Positions 28,815-41,658 of a stretch of 64,000 nt of DNA are shown one piece after another. The notes under the pieces are model-generated. The model was not told where the DNA came from and made no database searches. It saw nothing but the letters and a program-made list of their open reading frames with translations. Every line of letters starts with the position of its first letter. Positions within the stretch are counted from its first letter, which is position 1. This DNA comes from Ptychomitrium polyphyllum (Eukaryota). The stretch lies in the NCBI GenBank assembly GCA_973851085.1, contig OZ316775.1, positions 3,162,001 to 3,226,000 on the forward strand, in the 5' to 3' direction. Position numbers and translations under genes: made by a program.

Positions 28815-31452
28815 TTAACAATCAGGATTATAGGCCACATTGCTATCAATTACTAGTGCTGTTGGATTCACTTCATTAGCATCAAAATAAAAATAAAAAT
28901 TGCCAGTTGGATTATGTAGAAAGTTTACCAGCCATGTGCTTCCCTTTGAAATGTTGGTTTCTGCAATGTTAAGCCATGTTGAAGTAGCACTGTGTAGGCA
29001 CCTGCATATCATGTGAGCAATAAGAATATGGTAGTATTCTCATCATGTTTGGAATAGGCACTCATCATAGGTTTGCACATCACCATGATGCTGCATTAGT
29101 GCATTGAATCCTTCATTTTATTATTTTGGCCTAGTGTCACAGTAATGGTAACCCCTCAGCATTCCATATCTATTTTGATTTTTATGGTTAGAATTATGTC
29201 AAATTGTACTGCAGATATAGGTGTACAATTTCAACTCCACCTAGTTGATTGGAGAGTTGGCACATGTGGAGTACGCTCTTGCCTTACACAGCAGTAATTT
29301 TCAAAATTTCCATTCAGAATTTCAAATCAGTAAGTTGTCAACTTTATTTCCAACTAGTAAGTCATCATAATATTTCAAATTAGTAACTTATCAACTTTAG
29401 AATATTTTCCATTTGAAATTCATTAAGAGGTGAAAAACATGTGTTATATAATATGGAACATATAAGAATAAAGTACCCAATATAATGTAGGATCCAAAGA
29501 TACCATATTATATTTATTTAATACCTAATATTTTGGGTGTTAGTACATATGTATCATCTAAAGAGAGTGAGAAGAAGTAGTATGGAGAGGCGTTGAATAT
29601 AGAGAGTAGAGGTTGAAAGATATAATTAAATTAAAGCCACTCACTTTATAATGGAATATGCCAAGCCTCATTTGAAGCGAGGTAATAGATACAAGATAGG
29701 CATACTACATAAGATAGGCACATTAATGGAATAAGGGGAGTTATTTATGAAGAAATAAACAAAATTAAGAAAGGTTTTGAGAAGTTAGGAGGCCAAGGAG
29801 AGGGATATTGCCACTAGAGCTTGTCATCATTCCTTCATGCACAAAAAAAAAAATTGAAGATTTGTACCATAATGAATTTAGACAAGATCATTGCTTGTTT
29901 TCTTGGGATCAATTTATGTATGAATAAGGTTGTGCAGGCAAGGAATGTATGTTGGAAAGAAAAGAATAATTAGATGAAAATGCAAGAGAGTTGTATTTTA
30001 TGTCATCTTGAAAGAGAGAGTAGTGGAGGAAAATAGAGGAGGATGGATTAGAAGAGATTATCTCAAGGACAAGAGGAAGGAATGAACATGGCTAGTATAT
30101 AATAGGGAAATTTGAAGTCATCAACTAGACTTTAAAATGACATGCCCAAAAAAAATGAGGTGGAGGATGATTTGCAAGTGGAAGTATAATAATACCAACA
30201 AAAATAAACATCAAGTAAATGGTCTACAAAAGATTTTTAAAATTTTTTATGATATACAAAAAATAAAAGATTGGATTTAAGAATTTGAAATTTTGTTTAG
30301 ACTTGAACAATTTATAAACAAGAATAGAAATAATACTCAATGAACTTCAAAGGTGTCAAGGTTATAAATATAACATTGATAGAAACATTCCATTGAAAAT
30401 GATTGATTGTCTATTGTAATGGCTATTAAAAATTAGCCATATGCCAAAAGTGCCAAATCTAACAAAGGTATTTATTTAATTGGGTAGCAAATAGATGATT
30501 CATTTGAAAAAAAGAAGCAAGGTGCTTTTAAAACTCCTTAAAACATTAAATCAATATTTTACCTCTTAGTCTAAGAACTCATCAATTGTAGAGATTTGCA
30601 ATTTATGCAAAGTGTTATGAAATATTAAAATATAATATTTCAAGTAAAAATTTTCTTTTGATTTTTGAATAAACTATAATTTGTTTTAAAAAATTAATTT
30701 TTAATAGAATGATGTCATTTTCTTTAAAAAACAAAATATTGTAATTTTGAAGTACAACTATTTAAGCATGAATTGAACCTTTACATCCATATCACACATA
30801 TTAAAGTTTATTAATTCTTCACACTTACTAACAAAAAGTTAATGTTACAATTTACAATTTTTAATGCTACAAGGTCAAATAGTTTTGGTCCTATGGTGCT
30901 TATACAAATAATTTAAAGTGAAAGATTACATTGCATTGTTGTAGCTATTGTAGAAGTTCATTACTAAATTGTATTTCTTTATAAGTAAAAATGTCTTGTA
31001 TCAACATGCAATTTGCTAAGAACCAACATAAGTTACAATTTTGTCAATAAAAAAGATGAACTTTTAATAAGAAGGCTTGCTGCATGTCTTTTTTACTTCA
31101 AGAGTAATTATTATGTTTGCCAAAACAATTAAAAACTAACTTCCAACAGAATCGTATTTTATGCTTATGTTTTTACTAGGGATTTTAAAATTTTAAAATT
31201 TTCAATAACTTACGTTGCTGTGGAATGTGGAAAAATTGATGATGAATCACAAAAAAATTGCATCTAGCAACAAATACATGAAAATAATCAAGGTAATGAT
31301 CTAGCTGCATGTAGTTCTTTCAAGTGCAATTAAATAAATTTCCAGTTTATACCTTTCAAGGATTGTACAATGTCTTCATCAAATTAGGATTTTGAAGAAT
31401 ACAAAATTACTTTTTAGAAGATAGATTTATTTTATTTGGAAGAAAGGATGCA

Positions 31453-31501
31453 AAAGATATTTAAAGATATTTAAAGATATTTAAAGATACTTAAAGATAT
31501 T
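31453..31501 (+). repeat. 10-bp tandem repeat (AAAGATATTT), about 5 copies
   Basis: Direct reading; one copy is the variant AAAGATACTT. Confidence 0.9.
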
Positions 31502-34500
31502 CTTTTAACAAAGTAAATATGTTCTTCAAATTTCTATTTAAAGTTAACTGTTTTATTGAAATTGCACATAACATATAAAAATTGCATATTGTATTAGATT
31601 TTTTAGATTTTAAATTAATAAATAAAAGAAATGTGCAATTGCCAACATCAGTTTTATGGAGTTTTTAAGAATTTTGATTTTTGGATACAACAATTTAATA
31701 AACACCATCCTCCATTTTCCAATTGGATTTTACAAATATAAATTTCATTTTACAATGGACATGCATTTCAACAAGAATGGTTTTTATTTTTTATTTTTTA
31801 TTTTTTCCATATGATCTTTAATTGTACAAGGTGTTAAGGTAATTTTTCAATATTGATACATTTGAGGTATTACAATTACAAAATTTCAAAACATTCAAAA
31901 TTTGGCCCAAATGTTTTTTTTAATAAAACGCTTATTATGTACTTGAATATATGATTGAACAATTATTATGTAGAATGTTGTTATACATAAGCATATATTG
32001 TATATGAAAAAAAAAAGGTAGATTTGAATTTTTTTAATTATGAAAAAGTCAATATTTGAAATTAATAGAGTATCTTGCAAAGAGACATTTTTTCTGCATA
32101 AATTACACGTGACAATTGTCAAATATATTGTTTTACAATCAATTTTAGAAGTCTATTTCTATAATATTAGAATCTAATTTACAAATTTAAGCAAATGCTT
32201 TGGAATCTATCATTATAAAGTGAAACTTATTTTGATATAGATTTAAATGTTTGAAAAATGTAGGTTTCATTCATTGTTTTTATTTAGAACACTTGGACTT
32301 TTAAAAGCTGAAACTATAGAATTTAAAGAATAAAATTATATAAAACTTAGATTTTTCCATGAAGTACATAGATTAAACATTGTATTAAATTATTCTTAAA
32401 AATTAAAACCATTAGTTGCTAAAATCATGTAGTTGTGTGATGAAATCCAAATTAATTCAATATTCAAAATTACTATGAATTGTTTAATTTTTTAAATTTG
32501 TTGATAATGTGAAAGCATTATATTTGGCTTCATCATTCAATACTTTTTGTAAAGTTTGAAGGAAATTGTCCCATTCAAACATGGTTTATTTTATAAAAAA
32601 TATTATTTAATTAATTTTTTGTGGAAGTACCTATTTCTTTCTTGTACAAAATGTAAAGGATATATTGAAATATGATAAAAATACAATGATGCAAAATATA
32701 CATGAATTTACTACTCAACCGTCAAGGATTCAAAAGAACTAATTGCTCAAAAATGAGCCTTGCCTCCAAGCTTTTATATTATATTCCATGATCCAATAAC
32801 TTGAATTTTTTTTTAAAATACATTGTTAATTAGTCTGTTCAACAAGACCAATTTAACATATGGATACTTTGCTTTATTAAAGCACATAATGACTTAGCAA
32901 GCTACACCCAATTTGGTAGTTTGGTAGGCTAAAATTGCTATTCAATTGTCCATTGACTATTGTTGAACATATGTTGCAATAAGTTATTGACCATCCACAT
33001 AGGTTACTATCATAATGTCTAATATAAACTATAAGTACTTAATTTTTTATTCCAATACCATTTATAATCTTAAAAATAATCGAATTTATTATTCTATAAA
33101 TTGAATCAATCAAAATATTAATTAGATTGGTTTTTGTAGTTTTATTTTATATTTGAATTAATATTAATATAATTATTTCAAACATAATTTTGATTAATTG
33201 GAAGTTCAATATAATTATTTTTTTATTAGATTGTGCATTTTTGTTTAATTAAAAGATTATTTAGGTTGTTTATTTAGAGAATTTAATAGAATAGTTTAAG
33301 ACCAAATATAAGGCATATTCAATTTTTATAGGTAAACCTATTAAAAATATTATAAGTTACAAATTAATTAATTATAAATAAAATATGGTGATTTAAAAGA
33401 ATATAAGAATATTTCAAAGTATCTAAACAATGCACTATATGAATTGTTCACTTTAAACAATAAAAATTTGCCAATTGTACACATTTTCATATCTCAAATC
33501 AGATTGTTAAATCCAAAGAAGATTTATATAATTGATTATTGTTGAATTGTAATTGTATTTTTTTTTTGGCCTAATCAACTTAAAAGGTAATTTAGTTGGG
33601 TTTAAAATTACTTGCTCATATTTTATCTTTAGGACTTCTTGCTACCAAAAGTATATTTCATTTAGAATAATTTGATTGGCCATCTTTTAGTACAAATTGT
33701 TCTATTGAAGAAATTCATAATTTTTTAATTTATTTATTAGATTAGTAATTTTAATCAAGTTAAGATTATGAATTATTCATTTGAAAGGATGAATTCAATA
33801 TTATATATGAATAGTATAAAATTAATAGGATGTATTTTTTAATGAAAGATTAATTATTATGTTAAAAATAATTTTTATAAAGTACTACTTTTTGAACAAA
33901 TTTAATTAGGATTCTAAAGTTTGGCTCATAATTTTTAAATTCATAGATTTTTTCTTTCTTGGCCAGATGTTGTTTAAGTCAAAATGGTTTTTGTATAAAA
34001 ATTTAGCAAGTTTTTGTAAGTAAACTATTACAAATAATAACATTTACATAAATAACCATTAAAAATGAAAAAAAATACACTAAATCTGCCACACTGGAGA
34101 GTTTTTATCAATATTTTAAGGATGACATTATAGTAATTTTTTTTCAATTTTTAAGCTTTACTTTGAATACTTCATATTTCATTTATATTCTTTTTGCCAA
34201 AGTAATTCAAACATGTCATTGTTCTGTTTTCTTTCTTGTAGAAATTTTAATTAAAGTTACACCATATGACATTCTTAAGGCATTTATTAAATTATGTATT
34301 GTCATATAATAAAAACTTCATTGATATGTAAATCTTCTTTTTAATTTATAGAATTATGATCATTTCTTTAAAAATACTCATGCCATAGGTTTACATTGAT
34401 GGACACATGTGAGTCTTATAGACATTGATTCAATAAATTCAATCCACACTGTGAAATTTGTGCATACTTTGTTCAATGAATATAGAACTTTTTTTTTGTG

Positions 34501-35580
34501 GTATGCTAAGACTCTTATGTCTAATTCATATCTTTTCCTCCTTGCTTAAGTGTCTCTTTTGACCATACACATTCCATCAAATTTCCTTCCATCCAACACT
34601 ATCTAGCTTCTATTTTAATAAGCATCAAGCTTTTAAATCTTGTATTAAAAACCAAATTTCACTAAAAAACACAAGTTCCAATTTTTATTTCAAAATAATC
34701 TTCAATTGCGCAAAGTAAACATAAATGTATAACTCAAATTGTGTCAGTTTAACATTCAAAGTAGATCTTACAAAATTATGCACTCAATGCATCTCAATAC
34801 CTTCCAAAATACACACCAATATACTAGATTTTTAAAGACACCTTTACACTTCCAAATCCACTCCAAATGTTTACCGATACAAATTCCATACTATAAAGCC
34901 TCATTCAAATACCTACTCAAATGAGTTAACACCTCACTTCTTACTTCTTAAATCCTCACTTTTTTCTAGCCCTTTGACCGATAGGAAACTATTGAAAAAG
35001 GTGACAAGAAAGTTGCTTGGAAAGTCAATACCATGCAATCACTTGGTTTTTTAAAAATTATTCACCTACCATACTTAATACATTCTACTAAGCGTTCTCT
35101 ATTAACACAATTAAAACTTAAACCAATAGAAAACCATATTTTTATCAATCTAATTTCAATTTTGAAACAACAATATAAATACACAAATACCTACAATTTA
35201 ATCCCTAAAAGCAACCGATATCTCAACACCATTTTAAAACGTTTCCTTCTGCAAATTTGTAAATGGTTGGGTTTCTAAAATGTTATGCACCTGGAAGATA
35301 CCTGATTTGCAATGAGCTTGTCTACCAAGCCAACACCTACTTTGTTTGACTAAAGGCCTTTCAACTAAAAGTGGTGGTTCTGGAAAACTAAACAGTGATC
35401 AAGGGTTAGATATTCAACAAAGACATAGTGCACTCAGTCCACTGCTAACTACGATGAAGCCGTTCGGAGAGGGCCCACTTTGCAGCAATAATACTACTTA
35501 TTAATATACTTAGCACAAAGGGGGGCACACAGAGTATGCAACATTTAACACTTGTATTGATTGATACAACTTGTGAACAG

Positions 35581-35628
35581 ATTGAAGGATATATTGAAGG
35601 ATATATTGAAGGATATATTGAAGGATAT
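35581..35628 (+). repeat. 12-bp tandem repeat (ATTGAAGGATAT) x4
   Basis: Four perfect copies read directly. Confidence 0.95.
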
Positions 35629-38600
35629 AGTCTGTTAGTTCTGCCAGAGCACCCGAATCTACGAGTTCAGAGAGCCAGCTTCTTCCAAAAGGCTCACTTC
35701 TGAGGTAAGCCTACTGCCGCAAGAATGTCACTTTCTAAGAACATTGTATAAAATCATTTATACTTTTAACGGATGGAAGCTCAGGTTTGAAAGCCACTGC
35801 AAGCTAAATCATAATCGTTTCATAAAAATTGAACTAATTAGGGATTTTCAAAGGATGTCCTTGCAAAAGTTAATTATCATTAGTAAGTTAATTCACCAAC
35901 TACTAAAATTAATAACTAATAAGCATTCCTTCAACTTTGTACAATCATTTAAAATTCATCCAAAAACCACCATAGAACAAGTTAATGTCCACCACATGAT
36001 TTTCTTCAAAAAATTTAAACAAAGTGCAAACATGTTTTTTAATAATATTTAGTTTCATTTTTTTATTCAAAATTCTTGAATTCTTGAACTAAGTGTATCC
36101 TTGAATAGTATAAATCTTCAAGTTGAACCAATGTAAAAATTTAAAACATAATATCATAAGTCTATGTTAAGTTGCTATTACAATTTGAAAAAAGTGCATC
36201 AACAAGAATTTTCTAAATTATTTCAAAAGATTATATTAACAACGTTAATACTTATAGTCATTTCTTTTTTAAAAATTAATAAATAATTTAAGTAAATTTT
36301 ATATATTTTTTATACATAATCAAAATTTGAAAATTCAACATCTACTACTTTTGTTTGTATTTTATTTTCATACATGTGAGTGTCAAACATTATATAATAT
36401 ATCATTATAAAAAAATCATTTCATATACTTTAAAAAGTCAATAATTTGGATTCTTATCTCTTAGCTAAATAAAAGATAGATACTTATAAAAAAGGTGCAC
36501 AAAAAACCTTCATATTTGAAAATTGAATTAAATAACATAACATCTTTAATATATAAAGGTTATAAAAACATTTATTCAGACTAATTCCTTTTAATTAAAT
36601 AAAAGTTTTAAAATAATACAAACTTAATTTTACTAGGCATTTTTATAAGAAAAAAAGTATTTGCACTACTATTCGATTGAGTGATGCAAGAAAAAAAGTA
36701 AATTTAATAAAGCTGTACATAGTTTTGATGCTATATAGTTTATATTGATTAAAAAATATATAAAATCTAGATAATCAAGCCAATAATTCTAATAAGGAAT
36801 GATTATAAATATGAAAGCTACCACCAAGTACTTATAAGAAATTGAAGTAATATGACTTGCCTAAATTTGGGAGTGATTCAATCAATGTTTACAGTACAAA
36901 TAAGAATCTTTCAAAGAAAGATGCATTCTATAATAATGAGAATATTTTTGTACTCCTCTATGTCATGTGGGCATAGTGCTTAGGATGTAGTAGAGGAAGA
37001 CATTTCATTTAGAATTATTCTTTTGAAATAGTGGTTGTTGTCTTTTATAAAAGAGTATTTTGATTTAAAATTGAAGAAATGACATCACTAAATATGTGGA
37101 AATAACTTGAAGGGAAGAATTTTTTAAAGGTCAAGATTTATGTAGGACATAAATCTTTATCCAACATTTTTGATTTGTGGATTATACCAACTTTATTAAA
37201 ATAATAATTTCTAAAATTCTTATGTTAACTCTTCTCTATGTGCTTTAAAAAGGCAATTTTATTAGATTCAAATCCGCATTCATGCATTATCTCTTATGAA
37301 AATTCAAAAATTTAAAAATACTTAAAGAAATAAGCAATATATGTATACTTGATAATGGTTGCAAATAGTTTAGGATATGTACTAATGAAAAGATTAGTAG
37401 TAATATAAATATTGAAGTTTTAGTATATAAGCAATTATTTTTTAAAAATCTTTTAGAAGCAATCATTAACACCTTTTTATGTGTTCAAATTTTAAATATG
37501 ATTTTCATTAAAAGTTCAAATATTCCACCATATATATAATGCATATTATATGATTATTATTTTTTGTATTTTAATAGATTTAAACCATATATAATTTGTT
37601 TAAAGACCTCAAACAAATGTCCTTTCATATACCTACATGGATCTTTAGAAATATATACAAAGCACCTTCTAAAGCATGTGTACTTTTAGTTTCTTTCATA
37701 GGCATTGAATCACTTTTTGAATCTTTTAACCTTCTCTTTACACCGTTCATGTTAAGTATTCCAATGTATCTTTTCTCTTCCTTCTGTCCTTAGAAGGCTT
37801 ATTTGGAGGCTTTAAAATCATTTTTGGGTTTTTTGGAGTGGTTCAAACCATCCAGTTGAATTGCCTTCAAAACTTATTAATACATGTTTTTAATTAACTT
37901 ATGATCATATTCATAATTTTTTCCTTTTTCTCAAATGTCCATGTTGTAAGCTGAAATTTTGGTTATCTTGCAAAAAAATATTCAGTGTTTCTGATAAGAA
38001 TGTAATTTATCCAAAGGCTAGTCCTTTGTGTTGTATTGTTTATGAAATAAACACTAATCAAAATCCCATTCAGGCATACATAAGACATACAGCAAAACAA
38101 AAGATACTTGCACCTAAAATGGTTCATTACCTCACATTGCTTATTAAAAATGAATGAAAAATAAATACTAATTGTACAAAGATTGTTACAATGCAAAGGG
38201 CAATTTTTGTGTCTTACAAATTTTAGTAAATTCAAATATATTTTAATTTTTTTCTCCTAGAAAGTTCTTTTTCTTTTTCCAATGGCATAAAAATGATTTA
38301 ATTTGAAATTTTTCATAATTAGCTTTTAGATATATAATTAAGTGCCTAATAGACTAACCTTAAAAATTCATTAGATAAATTTCTAAACTTCCAAATTTCA
38401 TGCAAACACTTGAGAACTTTTTCATAATTGTTTTATTACACAAGGAAATTTTTTCTTGTATTTTTTCAATTTATGTATTCTTGTAAAATTTATATGGACC
38501 TTATTAGGTGTACTTACTTTATAGAAAAAATATTTTTATATAAACATTTATAAAGAAACTACCAACTTTTTTTTTTATAGTTCATTTCAAAACTTGAACA

Positions 38601-39416
38601 TTTCATGCATGCAAAAAAGGAAATTTTGATCCTAAATGTCTTTCACACCTCTATATAAAATGGAACATATACCACTTTATCCAACTTTCAAGTCTTATGA
38701 ACACTTCAAAATATATGGATTCAAATTTTAGCTCCAAGCAATTTGTGCCTTGTAGGCATTTGAAACTTATTTTTTTCCACTTCACTTTTTTTTTTGGTTA
38801 TTACATGCATAATGTTCATGGCTCTGTGATGATAATATTAAAATTTGCAAGCAACTTAGAGTTGATACCTTTACTAATGAACCTATAATTGAATTATTCA
38901 AATATAGGACCTCTTTGTTATGTGTAAAGCATTGTGGTTATGGGTGATGCAACTTCTCTTTTAAGTTTTTGCTAATGTGACAACTGGGACTCAGCAAATT
39001 TGTTGTAAAACATTCCCATTTGCCACTTGCCGCAGGTTGATGTAATGATAGAGAAGAACTTATTCTAAAAAATTCTCAGAGGATAAGTCAAACTCTTTTT
39101 GACTTTTGATTGCTGACTGGGTTCTCACAGATATATAGTGATCAGTGGTTGTCTTTCTTTGCAGCCCACCATTCTATGGTCATTGCTGGATTGAACCAAA
39201 TTGAAATTTGGAAATTAGAATTTGTTACCTGAATTCACTGAATTTATTAAAGTAATGCATTTATTAAAGTAATGCAGGAGTTCCCGTAGATTAGTTGAGT
39301 TCTTGTTCCTTTTTGCTATGCAACCACATGTGACGTTCTAAATCCAAAGGGATTTCAGCATGTTAACCACCTGCAAAATGAGCTTAGAAAATTGGGAATT
39401 GGGACTCCTGCCTTAA

Positions 39417-39824
39417 GGGATATTTCACACCTTGTCTCGTTACTAATGGATAAGAGATTTTGGTCATATTTAGAGAATTTCATTAACATGATGTAGTAAA
39501 GTTCTACTGCAAGATTTTACACCTTGTTCCCTCACCTATAAAAGAAGCAATTTGACGATGATGAAAAATGAGTTGGTTACCTATGTAGCAACAATTATTA
39601 CTAGAAAAATTTCTTCCATTGATCATTTTTATGATTGTTATAGGAGTAGTCACCCAAGAATTGATTCATGAGAGAAAATGTTTTCCATATTAATCATTTT
39701 AATGTTTTAATAATTTCTCACAGGAACCATTCTTTGCCTAAAATATCCATATTTTAGTTTTTTTTTTATAAATAAAAATCAAATTTTTATTTTAACTTCC
39801 AAATTAGAAGGTATAAGCCTGCCC
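39417..39824 (+). mobile_element. Degenerate Tourist/PIF-Harbinger-like MITE, 408 bp, flanked by TAA
   Basis: TAA at 39414-39416 and 39825-39827. Starts GGGATATTTCACACC and ends GGTATAAGCCTGCCC (imperfect inverted termini, 8/15 matching); non-coding; a second diverged copy ends at the same GCCC boundary at 28814. Confidence 0.5.
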
Positions 39825-41577
39825 TAAGTTATACACTCATGACCAAATCTTATCATTGAGATTCTGTGGATGAGTTTAAAAAAACAGCTATTGTGGTTTT
39901 TCCTCAGAAAGAAGTTTTATCAACAGTAAGCATCTACCAACCACACTGAAAATTCAATAGGTCATTCAATTTGTGCCACGAGAAAAGGGAAAAGAAAATT
40001 CTTTAGTTTCTTTAGTCTTAGTGCCATAATTGCAAGATCTAATATATTAGTGTAAGATTTTACACAAATCCTCACACTAATTCAAAAAAATATGTCAAAT
40101 TATTGTAAGAATAATAACATCATTTTATGATATTATTATAAAATTATGTTATAAACATGATGATAATTTAAATGATTTCTATTGTAATACAATTTGAAGA
40201 ATTTTCATTTTTATTACAAATGTGGACCACACTAATTTGGATAATTGACCCACACATTGTTCTAATTTCAAATTAGTATGAGACTTCCACAACTGCTGAG
40301 ACTGACAACAATGACAACAATGGATGTAAAGACTAGCTATTTCAATGCATTTTTGAAATACTAGAGCAAGGAGACTGTATTGAAGTTGCTAATTGGTTGA
40401 TCTTGTGAGCATATTTGATGGAATTTCTGTAGAAATGAGGTAGGTCAAACATCCTCACTCGAGGAGAAAACACTTGTACATCCAAATTCATGTTACATAT
40501 ATGTAGATGTACCCCGATCATGGAAATGTACCCTGCAAAGGCCAAAGTAGGTTGAATGGGACAATTTACAACAGTAGCTCTTGTTGGCAGAATGGATTCA
40601 AAATGGGTCAAATAGAAATTTATCTTCACTGTCAGAACAAAATTTACTCAATCTCTCTGACCAGCAGTGATGTTTACAATGATTCACTTGAGTAAAATAT
40701 ATCAAATCCAGTTCAGGAAAGAAAACATTCAGCATATTCTGAGAGGTATTGCAGGGAGTCAGAGCTGCACATTTCCCTGTTCTAATCTGACCACCTGAAA
40801 CCTGAATTGTGCCTCAGCTGTTCAATCTGGATGTAATTCTGGAGAATGATCTTATGGTTAGATGAAACAGAGCTCATTATGTTGAAACCAATACAGCTCT
40901 TGCCACTATGATGTACATGCAGAGTTGCATAGTACATATATACAACATCTCAACTACCGCTAAAGGAAAGGTCAAATTAAAGTTCAATATTCTGAAAGAC
41001 TGGAAAAAACAGTTAAAACAACCTCCTTAAGTCTTTCAGGAAGATACATCACCCAATACTGGTCAAGATTGACACAGGAAAGAGGGTGTTTTCATGCTTG
41101 TTGTACTAGCCCTCATCATTTTTGACAAAATCCGCTAAAGTACTGCTCATTTCATAAAGGAACTCCTGCTACTGCCCACATCAGCAGAGTACTTCACCTC
41201 TACGATGTATTTGCTTTCAGAGCCTTGAAGCCTTCTGTTGGGGGTCGGGGTTGGCCGCTGGAGCCTGGTTCTACTTCAGATTACAACACACAATCTTACA
41301 GTATTAATGTGTCAAGAGTCAAAGATCTTATGAACTGAAGCTCTGACTTCTCTTTTCCATCATTGCCATGAGCCAGTCTGTGATTGGAATGATGAAGATC
41401 TCGTATACTCTGAGGCTCTGAGCTCAGCAAGTTGCTCCTTCAACTAAAGTAACTCTCAATAACAATAGTAGGGTTTCAGTGAAGTTTACCACTCATCCTC
41501 AGAGATGTCACTATGGTAGTACAGTCTCCACACCTTCAAATTTCAGGGGGTGCTTCAAAAATACCATATCAGAGCTC

Positions 41578-41658
41578 AAGCCAACAAGCAAGCCAACAAG
41601 CAAGCCAACAAGCAAGCCAACAAGCAAGCCAACAAGCAAGCCAACAAGCAAGCCAACA
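41578..41658 (+). repeat. 12-bp tandem repeat (AAGCCAACAAGC), 6.75 copies
   Basis: Perfect copies read directly; they account for the KPTS and LLAC repeats in the ORF track. Confidence 0.95.

Noticed and set aside
40320..40349. MDVKTSYFNA, resembling the copia reverse-transcriptase motif QMDVKTAFLNG
   Set aside because: Only five residues match; the frame closes shortly after, and no downstream LYGLKQ or YVDD motifs were found.
35581..41658. Short repeat arrays as CRISPR-like loci
   Set aside because: They are head-to-tail tandem repeats with no unique spacers, in a eukaryotic context with no cas genes.
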